DNA from: a bacterium
Lineage (GTDB): Bacteria; JADJOY01
Direction of reading: 5' to 3'
DNA: 64,000 nucleotides
Assembly (NCBI GenBank): GCA_046331705.1
Contig: JAXLQJ010000010.1
Location: 124,001 to 188,000 of the forward strand
In this document: positions 1 through 13,695 of the stretch, piece by piece
How positions within the stretch are numbered: the stretch's first letter is position 1
Layout of the letters: the number at the start of each line of letters is the position of its first letter
Notes under the pieces: model-generated
Databases searched by the model: none
What the model was told of the DNA's origin: nothing
The model's input: the letters and a program-made list of their open reading frames with translations, nothing else
Translations under genes and position numbers: made by a program

Positions 1-622
1 CGAGCCCGCTCCACAATCCCGCGACGCTCGGATCGATGCCGAGCGCTATCGCGACGGGGCGGAACACCAGCAACGCGACGATGCTGAAGAGCGAGATCAC
101 CGCGATGGCGGTGGCTTGCTCGCCACGATGGGCCTTGCTGATGGGAGCGATCGCGTTCACCGCGGACGCGCCGCAGATCATGGTCCCACCGGCCAGGAGG
201 TCGACCATCGGGCGCCGGATCCCCACCGCCGCTCCCAGCGCGTGCGCGACGAAGAAGGTGCTGGGAAGGGCGACCGCCGCCACCGCGAGGATCAGCCTCA
301 GCTCGCCGTGCGCGAACGAACGCGACTGGACCTTGAGGCCCATGAGGATGATCGCCAGCCGCAGCACCCAGGTGCCGGTGAAGCGCAGGCCCGCGGCGTA
401 GCGGTCGGGGTCCTGGTCGGCGCTCGGCATGGTGAGACCGAGCGCGCCGCGCACGGGTGTGTTGAGGACGACGGCGCCGAGCACGAGCCCGGCGAGCACG
501 CTCGAGAGAAAGGGCGTCGACGGGAGCGCGTGCGTCGCCGCGATCGCCAGCGCGCCGATCACCGCGGCGAGCGCGACGCCCGGCAGATCGCTAGCGGTCG
601 GGATCCAAGCGGGACGACGCAC
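1..622 (-). CDS. YeiH/UPF0324-family putative sulfate exporter, runs off the window start
   Basis: Hand translation of the minus strand (not in ORF track) gives a hydrophobic protein with LRLAIILMGLK and GTMICGASAVNAIAP, typical of the YeiH family; GTG start at 622 is approximate. Confidence 0.75.
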   Translation of the reverse strand, partial: MRRPAWIPTASDLPGVALAAVIGALAIAATHALPSTPFLSSVLAGLVLGAVVLNTPVRGALGLTMPSADQDPDRYAAGLRFTGTWVLRLAIILMGLKVQSRSFAHGELRLILAVAAVALPSTFFVAHALGAAVGIRRPMVDLLAGGTMICGASAVNAIAPISKAHRGEQATAIAVISLFSIVALLVFRPVAIALGIDPSVAGLWSGL

Positions 623-705
623 GAGGGGTCGATCTCACCAATCAGCGCAGCCTGGGCGCAGCATTGTACGCCGCCCGGGATCCGTGGCCGCGGCGCGAGC
701 GAACG

Positions 706-1560
706 CTAGAGCTCGATGCGGCGGGTGGACCCGTCCGGAGCGACGACCACCACGCCGGCGTCCAGGAAGTCGGTCACGTAGAACGTGCCGTCGGGCCCCA
801 CGGCGAAGTTGTCGGGGACCATGGCGCCGAGACGCACCAGCTCGACGAGCGTGCCGGAGGCGAGGTCGACCTTCGCCAGGCGCGCGGGAAACACGGTCTG
901 CAGCGCCACCAACGTGCCGTCGGGAGTGGTGTGGACCGCCGACGGCAGCACCATCCCGGAGGCCACCCGCTCGACCGCGCCGGTTTCGCGGTGGATGCGG
1001 ATGACGCCGCCCTCGAGGGCGAAGGTCGGTGCGTAGAGGTCGTCCCCGACGCAGGCCATCGAGTTGAGCGCGGGCACGGACGTGGTCAGCCGGCGCGCGG
1101 GCGAGGCGCCGGTGGGATCGATCTCGAACACACCCCCGGATGGAACCTCGCGGTTCGCGAAGATCCGCCCATCGTCGCAGCGAGTGATGCCGTTCGCTTG
1201 CGAGCCGATCTCGTCCAGCACGGTCCGGCCGCTCTTGGGGTCGAACCGCGACACCGTGCCCTTGTTGGGCTCGGTCACCACGAAGCCGCCGCCGTCGAGG
1301 ATCACCAGATCGTCGTTTGCCGCGAGCCCATCCTCGGGGCCGAACCCGCGGGTGATGGCGCCGGACTCGGGATCGACCTGAACGAGCTGAGATCCCTGGA
1401 TCGCGGCGATCCAGAGCCGACCGCGGTCCCACACGATGCCGTTGGTGGATTCGGGAGGTGTCGTGTTCACCGGTCCCGAGCCGTCGGAGCCGCCGCAACC
1501 CGTCATCGCCGTGGCCAACGCCACGATCACGAGCGCCAGCGCGTTCATCGAATGTCGCAT
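706..1560 (-). CDS. Secreted beta-propeller lipoprotein (SMP-30/gluconolactonase-like)
   Basis: Lipobox-like AMTGC after a hydrophobic stretch; propeller-blade motifs NGIVWD, NGITRCDDGRIF, PDNFAVGPDGTFYVTD. Confidence 0.6.
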   Translation of the reverse strand: MRHSMNALALVIVALATAMTGCGGSDGSGPVNTTPPESTNGIVWDRGRLWIAAIQGSQLVQVDPESGAITRGFGPEDGLAANDDLVILDGGGFVVTEPNKGTVSRFDPKSGRTVLDEIGSQANGITRCDDGRIFANREVPSGGVFEIDPTGASPARRLTTSVPALNSMACVGDDLYAPTFALEGGVIRIHRETGAVERVASGMVLPSAVHTTPDGTLVALQTVFPARLAKVDLASGTLVELVRLGAMVPDNFAVGPDGTFYVTDFLDAGVVVVAPDGSTRRIEL

Positions 1561-1681
1561 CGTGTTCCTCCCGCGGATGCCGGCTCGGACGATCGTCGCA
1601 CACTCGGCGTCGGGCGCCGCCACCCAGCCGATCGATCTCGGCGCGGACCCCGTGGAAGGGTCGCGTGCCCCGGAGACACGA

Positions 1682-1707
1682 AGGGCCACCCGAGCTCGGG
1701 TGGCCCT
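1682..1707. terminator. Perfect 26-bp palindrome downstream of groES, possible terminator or stabilising hairpin
   Basis: AGGGCCACCCGAGCTCGGGTGGCCCT is its own reverse complement; no clear U-tract. Confidence 0.45.
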
Positions 1708-1753
1708 CCCGACGAGGGCGCCCGGGGGCGCCGCCGCCAGCAATCGGTGCCGT

Positions 1754-2044
1754 TCAGCCTTCGACGACGCCGAGGACGTCTTCCTCGCGGATGATCAAGA
1801 GCTCCTTGCCCTCGACCTTGATCTCGCTGCCGGCCCACTTGCTGATGATCACGACATCGCCCTTCTTCACGTCGAGGGGGATCACCTTGCCGTCGTCACC
1901 GACCTTGCCCTTGCCCACGGAGATCACCTTCGCCTGCTGCGGCTTCTCCTTGGCGGTGTCGGGAATGATGATCCCGCCCTTCGACTTCGACTCTTCTTCC
2001 AGGCGCTCCACGATGATTCGGTCCTGCAGCGGTCGCACGTTCAT
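1754..2044 (-). CDS. groES: Co-chaperonin GroES
   Basis: [36 protein letters not shown]...EEDVLGVVE, 96 aa. Confidence 0.97.
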   Translation of the reverse strand: MNVRPLQDRIIVERLEEESKSKGGIIIPDTAKEKPQQAKVISVGKGKVGDDGKVIPLDVKKGDVVIISKWAGSEIKVEGKELLIIREEDVLGVVEG

Positions 2045-2222
2045 GTCTTCGCTCCTCTTTCCCCTGGCCGGGTCTCCGCGCGTCGGAGCCAGGCGGTTTC
2101 TCGGCTCGTTTGAATCCTTGGATATGGGCTCGAATTGCGGTTCCGTCAAGCGCTTGGGTCGTCCACGGGCGAGATCGGCTCGACCTGTCCGGTCCGCGCA
2201 TCACCTCGGGCCGCGGTGACGC

Positions 2223-4052
<1,830 letters not shown>

Positions 4053-4402
4053 GGCTCAATCCTTCCGCGCGCGCCTCGCGCATGCGCGGGCACCTCTCGT
4101 AGCCAAGTCGAATGCGGGAATGCTTGGAGTCGATTGCGTCCGAGAGCCTAGCCGATCTCGTCACGACGCAGCGCGGCAATTGTAATCGGGCCGGGGAGCG
4201 ATCGTCTCGCGTCCACCCGCCGAATCGACCGGCAGCGACCGGGGCGAGCGCCGGACGGTCGAGCCCCGCCGGTCCCCCGCTGGTCGCGGGCGCGGGGCGG
4301 CGGACCCGTCGGGCGCGATTCCGAAGCGCCGGCCGGCCAGCGGGCGCTGTCGCGCGACGGTCGGCCGGGCGTAGGCTGGTGGGATCCAACGGAGAGCACG
4401 AG

Positions 4403-5800
4403 ATGCGAATGGATTCGAAGCCGCCGCGCGCCGCGCATGCCCTGGCCCACGGACTCCTCGGGGCGGCGTTGCTGCTCCTCACGGCTTGTCCGCCCTCGGG
4501 CGAGCCGAGCTACCTCACGGACGAGCAAGGCGGCGCGCTGATTCTCCACGGGGTGAACTCCAACAACGCCTCGAAGTACGACCCGGCGCGGGTGGGGTGG
4601 ACCACTCGAGCCGACATCGAGCGCCTCGCCACGTGGGGATTCGACGTGGTGCGGTTGCTGGTGTTGTGGGACGGGCTCGAGCCCACGCCGGGCGCCTACG
4701 ACACCGGCTACCTCGACCGGGTCGCCGAGCGAGTGGGGTGGTGCCGCGACGCTGGCTTGCACGTGATCCTCGACATGCACCAGGACCTCTTCGCGGCGAA
4801 GTTCGGCGGCGACGGCGCGCCGAGCTGGGCCGTGCGCGACGACGGCCTGCCGTTCACGCCGCTCGAGCCGTGGTGGCTCAACTACCTCCAGGCTCCCGTG
4901 ATCCATTCCTTCGATCACTTCTTCCAGGACGGGGATCTCCTGGACCGCTACGAGCAAGCCTGGCTCGTGCTCGCGGAGCGGTTCCGCGACGAGCCCGCCG
5001 TGCTCGGCTACGACCTCATGAACGAGCCGTATCCAGGATCGGAGCCGCTCGGCGAGTTCGAAGCGGGCACGCTCACCGCGTTCTCGGATCGGTTGTCGCA
5101 CGCCATTCACGCCCTCGATCCCGACGCGTGGGTCTTCTACGAGCCGGTGGCGTTCAGCGCGAACATGGGGCTGCCGTCGAGCATCGGTGTGCTCACCGAC
5201 ACACGCGTCGCGTACTTCCCGCACTTCTACCAGCTCGACGTTCACGAGGGCGGTGCTTACGACGGCAACACCACCTTCATCGATCTGTGGAAGGCCAACC
5301 GGATGGCGGACGCGTCGCGCCAAGGCGCGCCGCTGCTCTTGGGGGAGTTCGGCGCCAGCGCCGAGGGGATCGGTCACGTCCGCTACCTGAAAGACGTGGC
5401 CGCGATGGCCGATTCGGCGGGTGCCGGCTGGACCTACTGGAGCTACGACCCGGGCGACGGCTTCGGGTTCATCGATGCGGCTCGCAACGAGAAGGCCCAG
5501 CTCGAGGCGCTGGTGCGGGTCTACCCGGAGCGCATCGCCGGCAAGCCGGTGTCGTTCGCGTACGATCCCGATACACGCGTCTTCGAGCTGGTCTTCGACG
5601 AGAAGTCCGGCGTGATCGGGCCGACGCGCATCGTCCTGCCCGCGGCACGCCTCTATCCCGAAGGCTGGGATCTCTCCGTGAGCGATCCGGCGGGGACGTG
5701 GTCGGCGAGCTTCGACTCCTCCGCGCAGCGACTCACGCTCGTCGCCAGCCCCGGTCAGGCGCGCCACACGATCCGCATCGTTCCGTCGGCGAGCGGCTGA
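4403..5800 (+). CDS. GH5 endoglycoceramidase-like glycoside hydrolase, lipoprotein
   Basis: Lipobox LTAC; LDMHQD, GYDLMNEP (acid/base Glu), LLGEFG (nucleophile); C-terminal LVRVYPERIAGKP domain. Confidence 0.85.
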   Translation: MRMDSKPPRAAHALAHGLLGAALLLLTACPPSGEPSYLTDEQGGALILHGVNSNNASKYDPARVGWTTRADIERLATWGFDVVRLLVLWDGLEPTPGAYDTGYLDRVAERVGWCRDAGLHVILDMHQDLFAAKFGGDGAPSWAVRDDGLPFTPLEPWWLNYLQAPVIHSFDHFFQDGDLLDRYEQAWLVLAERFRDEPAVLGYDLMNEPYPGSEPLGEFEAGTLTAFSDRLSHAIHALDPDAWVFYEPVAFSANMGLPSSIGVLTDTRVAYFPHFYQLDVHEGGAYDGNTTFIDLWKANRMADASRQGAPLLLGEFGASAEGIGHVRYLKDVAAMADSAGAGWTYWSYDPGDGFGFIDAARNEKAQLEALVRVYPERIAGKPVSFAYDPDTRVFELVFDEKSGVIGPTRIVLPAARLYPEGWDLSVSDPAGTWSASFDSSAQRLTLVASPGQARHTIRIVPSASG

Positions 5801-6050
5801 GTCGAGCCGGCGAGACGGCCAGTCGCCGAGCCGCCGAGCGGATGCCCGATCGCCCACGCCGTGGGCGCGGTGGGCAGATCGCCGCGCGCGGTGCGCGTGA
5901 TGCCGGGCATCGAGCCCGGAGGTGCCCGCCGCCGAGCGCTTTCTCGTCGAGAATCGCCGATCTCGATGCGTGACGCACGGCACTGAGCTTGCTCGTTTCG
6001 GATCGTCGATCCATCCGTCACGACGCGCTTGCGTCAGGGGAGAACGATCC

Positions 6051-7217
6051 GTGGAAGCCGCCGCACATCTCTCCGTCGCGCCCGCCGAGTCCGCGGCCCA
6101 CGACACCTTCGATCTCGCGACGTTGCTGCGCACCATGGTCGAGGTGCGCGCTTCGGATCTCCACCTCGGCGTCGGCAGTCCGCCGATGGTGCGCGTCGAT
6201 GGCGGGCTTCGTCCGCTCGAGGGCTTTCCGGTGCTCGATCAGGCGCGCATGCGGGACCTGATCTTCTCGACGCTCGACGCCGACACGCGCCGCACGCTCG
6301 AGGAGGAGCGCGAGCTCGACTACTCCCAGTCCATCCCCGGCCTGTCTCGATTCCGCGGCAACCTGTTGTGGCAGCGCGGCACGCTCGGCGCCGTCTTTCG
6401 CGCCATCCCGCAGCGCCCGCTCACGCTCGAGGAGCTGGGTCTGCCCGCGAGCGTGGCGCAGCTCGCGCGCCGGCCGCGCGGGCTGGTGCTGGTGACCGGC
6501 CCCACCGGCAGCGGCAAGTCGACGACGCTCGCGGCGATGATCGATCACGTGAACCGGAACTTCGCGCACCACATCGTGACGATCGAGGACCCCATCGAGT
6601 TCCTGCACAAGAATCAGCGCTCGTTGATCCGCCAGCGCGAGCTCGGCTCCGACACGCGCTCGTTCGCCGCGGCGCTCAAGCACGTGTTGCGCCAGGACCC
6701 GGATCTGATCCTGGTGGGCGAGATGCGCGATCTCGAGACCATCTCGCTGGCCGTGACCGCCGCCGAGACCGGGCACCTGGTCTTCGGCACCTTGCACACG
6801 AACTCGGCGGCCTCCACCGTGGACCGCATCATCGACGTCTTCCCGGGCGGGCAGCAGCAACAGATCCGCATGCAGCTCGCCGCGACGCTTCAGGGCGTGC
6901 TGTCACAGACGCTGGTGCCGAAGGCCAAGGAGCCGGGCCGCGCCTGCGCCATCGAGATCCTGATCGCCAACCACGCGGTTCGGAACCTCGTCCGGGAAGG
7001 GAAGACCCATCAGATCGAGAATCTGATGACCTCGGGCGCCACCGCGGGGATGCAGACGTTGAACGCCTCACTGGCGCAGCTCGTGAAGTCGGGCGTGGTG
7101 AGTCTCGACGCCGCGATCGAGAAATCGAACCACCCGGACGATCTGCGGGCGGCGATCGGCTCGGCACCCCTCGGCGGGAACCTGCCGCGCCCCGGGGTCC
7201 GGCCCGAGCGTCGCTGA
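6051..7217 (+). CDS. pilT: Type IV pilus retraction ATPase PilT
   Basis: [50 protein letters not shown]. Confidence 0.92.
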   Translation: MEAAAHLSVAPAESAAHDTFDLATLLRTMVEVRASDLHLGVGSPPMVRVDGGLRPLEGFPVLDQARMRDLIFSTLDADTRRTLEEERELDYSQSIPGLSRFRGNLLWQRGTLGAVFRAIPQRPLTLEELGLPASVAQLARRPRGLVLVTGPTGSGKSTTLAAMIDHVNRNFAHHIVTIEDPIEFLHKNQRSLIRQRELGSDTRSFAAALKHVLRQDPDLILVGEMRDLETISLAVTAAETGHLVFGTLHTNSAASTVDRIIDVFPGGQQQQIRMQLAATLQGVLSQTLVPKAKEPGRACAIEILIANHAVRNLVREGKTHQIENLMTSGATAGMQTLNASLAQLVKSGVVSLDAAIEKSNHPDDLRAAIGSAPLGGNLPRPGVRPERR

Positions 7218-7527
7218 CGCTTCCCGGTTGGCGGCGGCGCGAGAACGCGCGAGTCGCGATACGAAACGCCCGCGTTCCTTTCGTCGCGCGGGCGCGTCGC
7301 GGATCGCGCAGCCGCGCCGCGAGGGCGGGCCAAGCGGCAGATTCTGCCCGGCGCGCAGGGCGATCCGCGTGGATCGCCGGTGTGCTCGGCGGGCGCGCGA
7401 GCAGGGCGCGAGCAACCGTGGACGCAGTGATTCCGCTCGCCTGCCGCCACGCCGCTCGCCGTGGGACCGCTCGGCACGCGTTGTGCTGAGGCTGTCCCGT
7501 TACCTGCGCAGAACGAGAGGTGCGACC

Positions 7528-9189
7528 ATGCTGCAACACGTTTCACCCGCCGGGTTCGTCTCGCGATTCGTCGCTCCTGCCCTGGGTACGCTTCCGGTGG
7601 CGGCACTGGCCGGCGGGGTCGCTGCAGGCGCGTGGATGCACGTGTCGCCGTGGCTCTTGATCGCGGGTATCGGCGTGGGCGCGCCCTTGTGTTGGTGGGC
7701 GGCGCGCGCTCGCGGGGCCGCGGGAGCGAGCGACGTTCGCGGTGCCCTCGACCGGCTGGCGAGCGGCGATCTCGCCCATGGGATGCCGAGCCGAGAGGCG
7801 GAGGGCGCCCCGGTCGGGGCCTCGGTGTTGCACGTCGTGGGAAACCTGATCTCCACCATCGGTACCCAGAGTGCCGCGCTGGAAGCGGCGGGTGCCGAGC
7901 TGGCTCGCTCCGCCGGCGCCGTGCACGCCGGTACGACCACCGTGAAGGAGCGGGCGGCGGTCGTCGCCCAGTCGGCGGTGGAGGCCACGGAAAACCTCAC
8001 GACCATCGCGAGCGCGGTCACCGAGCTCGCGGCGACCACCAAATCGATCGCACACAACGTGAGCGATACCGCTCGCGTCGCGCGCGACGCCAAGGTCAAG
8101 ACCGACGCCGCGGAGCGCGTGATCGGTGCGCTCCGCGAGAGCTCGGAGCGAATCGGGCAGGTCACGCAGCTCATCGTCAACATCGCGAAGCAGACCCAGC
8201 TCCTGGCGCTCAACGCGACCATCGAAGCGGCGCGCGCTGGTGAAGCGGGCAAGGGCTTCGCGATCGTCGCCGGCGAGGTGAAGGAGCTCGCCACCCAGAC
8301 GGCGCGGGCGGCGGACGAGATCACCGAGACGATCCAGCACATCCAGCGGGACGCAGCCCAGGCGGTCGCCGCAGTGGCGGAGATCACTCACATCAACGAG
8401 GAGGTCGACTCGCTCGCTCACGGGATCGCCGCGGCAACGGAGGAACAGCACGCGACCGTGCAAGAGCTCGACCGCAGCCTGAATCAGGTCACCGGCTACG
8501 TCGGCGAGGTCGGTGGGTCCATCAACGAGGTGGCGGCGAGCGCCGCCGAGCTCGCCGAGGTCGGTGAGGGCGTGAGCGCGATCCAGCGCGTCGTGCTCGA
8601 CATGGTGAAGGCGACGCGCGCCCTGACGGAGGCGTTTCGCGTGGACGCGGCGGTCGTCTCCGAAGCGGGCGAGTCGATCCCCGCTTCCGCCAAGCTCACG
8701 GCCATCAGCCTCATGCACCTCCAATGGCGCGACAAGCTCCTGCGTGGCGTGCTCTCCGGTGCCGACCCGGGCGTGGCGACGGATCCGACCAAGTGCGCCC
8801 TCGGCCGCTGGCTCGCCTCGGGCGAGCAGCGATCCGAGGCGGTGCGTCATCGGCTCGCCGAGCTCGAGCCGATCCATCGCCGGTTGCACGAGACCGCGAT
8901 CGGCATCCTCGCGGACATGGGAAGAGGTGCCTCGCGCACCGCGTTGCTCGACCGCGTCCACGGCGAGGTGACGCCGGTTCTCACCGCGACCTGGGCCTCG
9001 CTGCGCGGCCTCATCGAGCTTCACGCGGGCCAGCAACCCGGTGGCGCCGGCATGGCGTCGGCGGGGGCTTCGTTCTCGGCGCCCGCGGTGGCGGCGGCGG
9101 CTCCGCTCGAGCCGCGAGGGCGAGTGACGCCTGGCCCGGGCGGCGCGACGAAGTGGAACGCACACCCGTCCGCTCACGTCCACAACTGA
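7528..9189 (+). CDS. Methyl-accepting chemotaxis protein with C-terminal CZB zinc-binding domain
   Basis: [37 protein letters not shown] hairpin tip; HLQW...CALGRW...HRRLH CZB ligands. Confidence 0.88.
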   Translation: MLQHVSPAGFVSRFVAPALGTLPVAALAGGVAAGAWMHVSPWLLIAGIGVGAPLCWWAARARGAAGASDVRGALDRLASGDLAHGMPSREAEGAPVGASVLHVVGNLISTIGTQSAALEAAGAELARSAGAVHAGTTTVKERAAVVAQSAVEATENLTTIASAVTELAATTKSIAHNVSDTARVARDAKVKTDAAERVIGALRESSERIGQVTQLIVNIAKQTQLLALNATIEAARAGEAGKGFAIVAGEVKELATQTARAADEITETIQHIQRDAAQAVAAVAEITHINEEVDSLAHGIAAATEEQHATVQELDRSLNQVTGYVGEVGGSINEVAASAAELAEVGEGVSAIQRVVLDMVKATRALTEAFRVDAAVVSEAGESIPASAKLTAISLMHLQWRDKLLRGVLSGADPGVATDPTKCALGRWLASGEQRSEAVRHRLAELEPIHRRLHETAIGILADMGRGASRTALLDRVHGEVTPVLTATWASLRGLIELHAGQQPGGAGMASAGASFSAPAVAAAAPLEPRGRVTPGPGGATKWNAHPSAHVHN

Positions 9190-9490
9190 CTCGCCACCCG
9201 CTGCCGGCGTCATCGAACGCCGGCTCGACGCCCGGCCGCGTCTCGATCTGGGCGAGCCGGGTCCACGCCAGCTGCGGACGATCCGGTTGCTGTGACTCTG
9301 ATCACACGGCGCACGCATCCTTCGTCGAACGAACGTTCGGTCGCGTGGCGCCGATTCCGTGGTCGGCGCAACGTACGTCGTTGCCACCTCTGTGGGATGG
9401 AGTGCGCTCGGGCCGCGCCCCACACTCAAGCTGCGCAAGCGCGTCTCGGTCCGAGGCAACTCGCCTCGCCGGCGCTTGGAGGAGGGGCGA

Positions 9491-11522
9491 ATGGTGGGAC
9501 GATCGATTCATTCGGGCCGCGCGCGTTCGCATGGTTGGAAGCGCGGTCACCTGGGTGTGCTCGTCGCGATGCTCGCGTCGTTGGCCATCGCAGCGAGCGC
9601 GGCGCACGCTGGGGCACCGAGCACGCCGAAGCGCGTGGGCGCCACCAAGCCCACCATCCGCGTCGGCGCGACGGGCTCGTTCGTCACCAATGACCTCACC
9701 GGCGCGCTCACGCCGTTCGATCTCGCGTACTCGTTGCTGGGACCCGGCGTCACGATCTCGAACGTGACGTTCACGGGGTCACTGGTCGCGGCCGGCACCT
9801 TCGCTGGCGGCGCGGGCATCATCTCGTTTCCGTCCGGCGTGATCCTGAGCTCAGGTAACGTCGCCAACGTCGTGGGCCCGAACGTCACGGACAGCATCTC
9901 GCTCGACAACGGCTTGCCCGGCGATGCGGACCTGAACTCGCTCGTGGGCGGGTACCTGACGCTCGACGCGACGATCCTCGAGTTCGACTTCGTGCCCAAC
10001 GCCTCGACGGTCTTCTTCGAGTACGTGTTCGCGTCGGACGAGTACAACGAGTGGGTCTACACCGGCTTCGACGACGTGTTCGCGTTCTACGTCAACGGTC
10101 AGAACTGCGCGGTCGTCGGTGCGCCGTTGGTGCCGGTCTCGATCGACACCATCAACAACGGCAACCCCTACGGAGGCGGAGGCGGAGTCAACTCGAACCT
10201 CTACCTCAACAACGACCTCGAGGACGGCGGCGGCTCGATCAACACCGAGATGGACGGCCTCACCCAGACGCTGGTGTGCCAGGCGTCCGTGCAGGCCAAT
10301 CAGTCGAACCACATCAAGCTGGCCATCGCCGACACCTCCGATCACGTCTGGGACTCGAACGTCTTCATTCGCGGCGGCAGCTTCTCCACGATCCCGCCGG
10401 AGAGCTGCAACGACGGCACCGACGACGACGGCGACGGGCTCGTGGACTGCGCGGACCCCGATTGCGCGAGCAGCCAGTACTGCCTGCCCTCGTCCACCTG
10501 CGGGGACGGCCAGCTCGACCCGGGCGAGCAATGCGACGACGGCAATCACGACAACGGTGACGGCTGCAGCGCCGCGTGCCAGCTCGAGTTCTGCGGTAAC
10601 GGCGTCCTCGATCCGGGTGAGCAATGCGACCCGGAGATCCCCGGTCCCGGCGACGATTGCCGCCCGGATTGCACGCTCGGCGTGTGCGGGGACGGCATCC
10701 TCGACGAGGAAGAGGACTGCGACGACGGCAACCTCGCCGACGGCGACGGCTGCAGCAGCCAGTGCCGAATCGAGGAGCCGGAGAGCGATTGCGGCAACGG
10801 CTTGGACGACGACAGTGACGGGCTGATCGACTGCTTCGATCCCGATTGCGCCAGCGACCACGACTGCGACGGAGTCGAGCTCTGCTACAACGGCACGGAC
10901 GACGACGGCGACACGCTCGTCGACTGCGCCGATACCGCCGACTGCGCGAGCTTCCCGGCGTGCGCGCCGCCGCCGGTCGAGGTCTGCGACAACAGCCTGG
11001 ATGACGATCAGGACGGTCTCTACGACTGCTTCGACGACGACTGCGCCTCGTTCTGCGTGCACGGACGCGGACGGCGACGGGCCAAGCGCAACCCCGCGTC
11101 GCTCATGTGCGCGGATCCGGCGCTCGACTGCAACGATGGCAATGCCGACGTGGAACCCGGGCGTTGCCGTCGAGGTGCCGGGCAACGGCCTCGACTGCAA
11201 CGCGGCCACCAGCGATTGTCAGGACCTGGACGGCGACGGCTACAACCCGGCGTCGGCCGATTGCGACCACGCCCAGCTCGACTGCAACGATGCCAACGCC
11301 GACGTGAATCCCGGCAAGACCGAGATTCCGAAGAACGGTATCGACGACGACTGCAATCCCGCCACGCCTGGCGCCTGCACGCCCAGGCCTGCGGAGGCGT
11401 CGGTCGGCGCCGGCGCGGCGTCCACGCCGGGGAGCGTGGACCTTGGCCTCTACTTGATTCCGGGTGCCGCCCTCGCGCTCGTGCTACGGCGGGTGAGACG
11501 CATGGCGCGGCCACGCTCGTGA
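9491..11522 (+). CDS. Large secreted protein: choice-of-anchor-L-like N-domain, Cys/Asp-rich repeats, C-terminal TM + Arg tail; frameshifted after ~11050 in this copy
   Basis: Signal peptide; FEYVFASDEYNE, HIKLAIADTSD; repeats CGDGQLDPGEQCDDGN and DDDGDGLVDCADPDC; the duplicate at 14381-15107 shows the intact frame. Confidence 0.75.
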
Positions 11523-11633
11523 AGTAGCGCGCCGCTCGGCCACCGCGAAGCGGCGCGCGCCCCATCGACGCGGAGCCCGTCGGAGCATCGCTCTCGGCGG
11601 CTTCGCTCGCTTCGTCTCGGCCCCGGGCTTTTC
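10807..11633 (+). repeat. Direct repeat copy 1 (~830 bp; 3' end of the secreted-protein gene plus downstream sequence)
   Basis: Aligns with 14381-15220 from CGACGACAG to GGGCTTTTC; carries several small indels relative to copy 2. Confidence 0.95.
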
Positions 11634-11709
11634 GGTAGTGTCCTTAATTTGATTTGACGCGACGCGTTGAGGTATTCCGTGTCGTGATGCCTTATCATGA
11701 GGTGGCATC

Positions 11710-12202
11710 ATGCGATTCACGTTCAACGAGAAGAAGCGTGCGGCGCAGGCTGCCGCCCACGTCCTCCAACGGCACGGCGGGCGGTTCAACTACATGCACC
11801 TGATCAAGGAGCTGTACCTGGCCGACCGCCAGTCCTTGATTGATCGCGGCGTCCTGATCACCGGTGACGCCATGTTCGCCATGAGGCATGGCCCGGTCCT
11901 GAGCAACATTCTCGACGCCGGTTACGGCCGGATGGTGATCGGAATGGCCGAAGATGAGCGAAGAAGTACGCGTCTCGCCAAGGAAGACCACCGCGAGAAG
12001 CCGAGGACGAAGAAGCGCTGCGCGAGGAAGGAACATGAACGCCTGCTGGTCGAGTTACTCCACGAAACGTTGCCCGAGGACAGCCTGGGGCCGAGCTCCA
12101 AGCCCATCGACCCTACAACGACCCGGCGCAACAGGTACAGCGGTGAAGATCGAGCAGGGCTCGGCAGGTTGCCGCCGAGATGGCGTTCTCGACGCGCTCT
12201 AG
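11710..12202 (+). pseudogene. Panacea (DUF4065/SocA-like) antitoxin, frameshifted
   Basis: NYMHLIKELYLADRQSLIDRGVLITGDAMFAMRHGPVLS matches the K-LY-AD...G-ITGD...GPV signature; later LVELLHETLPE...SSKPI; end approximate. Confidence 0.75.
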
Positions 12203-12574
12203 GCCGCCTTCCGCGCGGCGTTGATCCTGTCCTTGAAGTCTCGCGGAATGTGCCGCGACGAGATCGCGCCTTGCGGATCTTGTCCAGCGCTGCGGATGAG
12301 AGCCGTTTCCTGGGCTGGTAGTTCCACAGACCAGTTAGCGTCGTCTGCTGACCCGGATGGAGCGCGCGGTGGTGCTCGTAAACCACCACCGTCTCGTCCT
12401 TGAGCGGCGAATGATCGGCCGCCGTGAGAACGCACGTTGCGTCGAAGCGCCATGTAGGATCGAGCGGCACGACGATCAGTTCCAATCTGGTCGGCCACGA
12501 GAACCGCGCGGAGCCTGATGGCGCCCTTGCCGCCCATGTCGACGAGGAACGTCGCCCGCTTCGAGCTGTCCCAT
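12199..12574 (-). pseudogene. Small hypothetical protein, putative toxin, frameshifted
   Basis: Stitched frames: TFLVDMGG...LIVVP...FDATCVLTAADHSPLKDETVVVY...ALDKIRK...SSRHIPRDFKDRI; resembles small proteins found beside Panacea genes (recollection, not searched). Confidence 0.4.
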
Positions 12575-12588
12575 TCTCCGGGGCTCCA

Positions 12589-13430
12589 TCAGGCAGACAA
12601 CGCGGCGTCGATGAGTTCGCCGATATCCCAGGCCGATGCTGTGACGCCAGCAGCCATCGCCGGAGTCACACCGTCGAGCGAGAGATGGCCGCGCACGTGA
12701 AGTTGTAGTAGCCGAAATGCAATCCAACAGCCGCCTTGAGGTTCTCCAGCTTCTTGCTGAACGCGTTCGTTAACCTCGCGAATCTGCGCATCGACATTCT
12801 CATGGTGAGGTTGCCGCGCTCGACGTGACTCGTGCCGATTTTCGTGCGACGTCCGGATCGCCGATCACCACCGTCTTGCTCGTGCTGATGACCTTGGGCG
12901 GGCTGTACCTACCCGGGCCAATGGGTTCGGCTTCGTAGGCTTTTACGATCTGGCCGTAGTCCACGTCCGCGCCGAACGCCTCCTCCGGGTCGCGTCTACG
13001 TATGCCGCGAGTGCATCGGACGAGAGCTGGATGCGATTCAGTAGGCGCGACGAAAGATCGGTCAGGAACGCCGTCGCGTTCCTCGGAGTCGCGCTTCCCA
13101 TGCGGTAGCTCGGCACCAACTTGCGTCAGGATCGATCGCCACGAACGTCCACTGATCGCCGACGCGGCTCGTGTCGTCGGTCGCCTTCACGTGGCGCTGC
13201 TTCTTGCCGACGTAGCTCCAGATTTCGTCGACCTCGATCCGCTCGCATCCGAGATCTTCACCATCTCGTGATCCAGGAGGCGTTGACAGCCGTCACCGAC
13301 GCGCACCATGAGGCGCAGAATCGTGTCACGATGCACGCCGCTATTGCGCTCGGTGGCGCGGACGCTGGTACCGTCCACGAGGCACCCGATGACCAACTCC
13401 TCGCTCGGACTTGCTCAGCACGTTCGCCAT
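12589..13430 (-). pseudogene. IS1-like DDE transposase, multiple frameshifts
   Basis: N-term MANVLSK...VIGCLVDGTSVRATERNSGVHRDTILRL (HTH); C-term TSHVERGNLTMRMSMRRFARLTNAFSKKLENLKAAVGLHFGYYNF...GVTPAMAAGV...WDIGELI. Confidence 0.8.
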
Positions 13431-13695
13431 CGCCGACCCCATTCGTTAGCGGACGGATAGGACTCTAGCGAATCCCACTGATAGCGTCAGGGGACGTGCG
13501 TTCCTATTGACGTAGCTATTGGATGGTGCGCAGCCTGGGGCCGTGAAGGATGGGAAGCAACGAGGGTGACCTCGGACGGTCCGATACCGGGCTCTACACC
13601 CTACGGGGCCGCTGTCACCGCAGCGGGGTCTGGACCCTCACCCTCCCGCCACATTCCCATGAGTATTCTAGCGCATTTACGGGAGGAATCACACG

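Noticed and set aside
10400-11360. Repeated GACGACGAC/GACTGC-rich units as a CRISPR array
   Set aside because: They are in-frame Cys/Asp protein repeats with degenerate codons, not identical repeats with unique spacers, and no cas genes are present.
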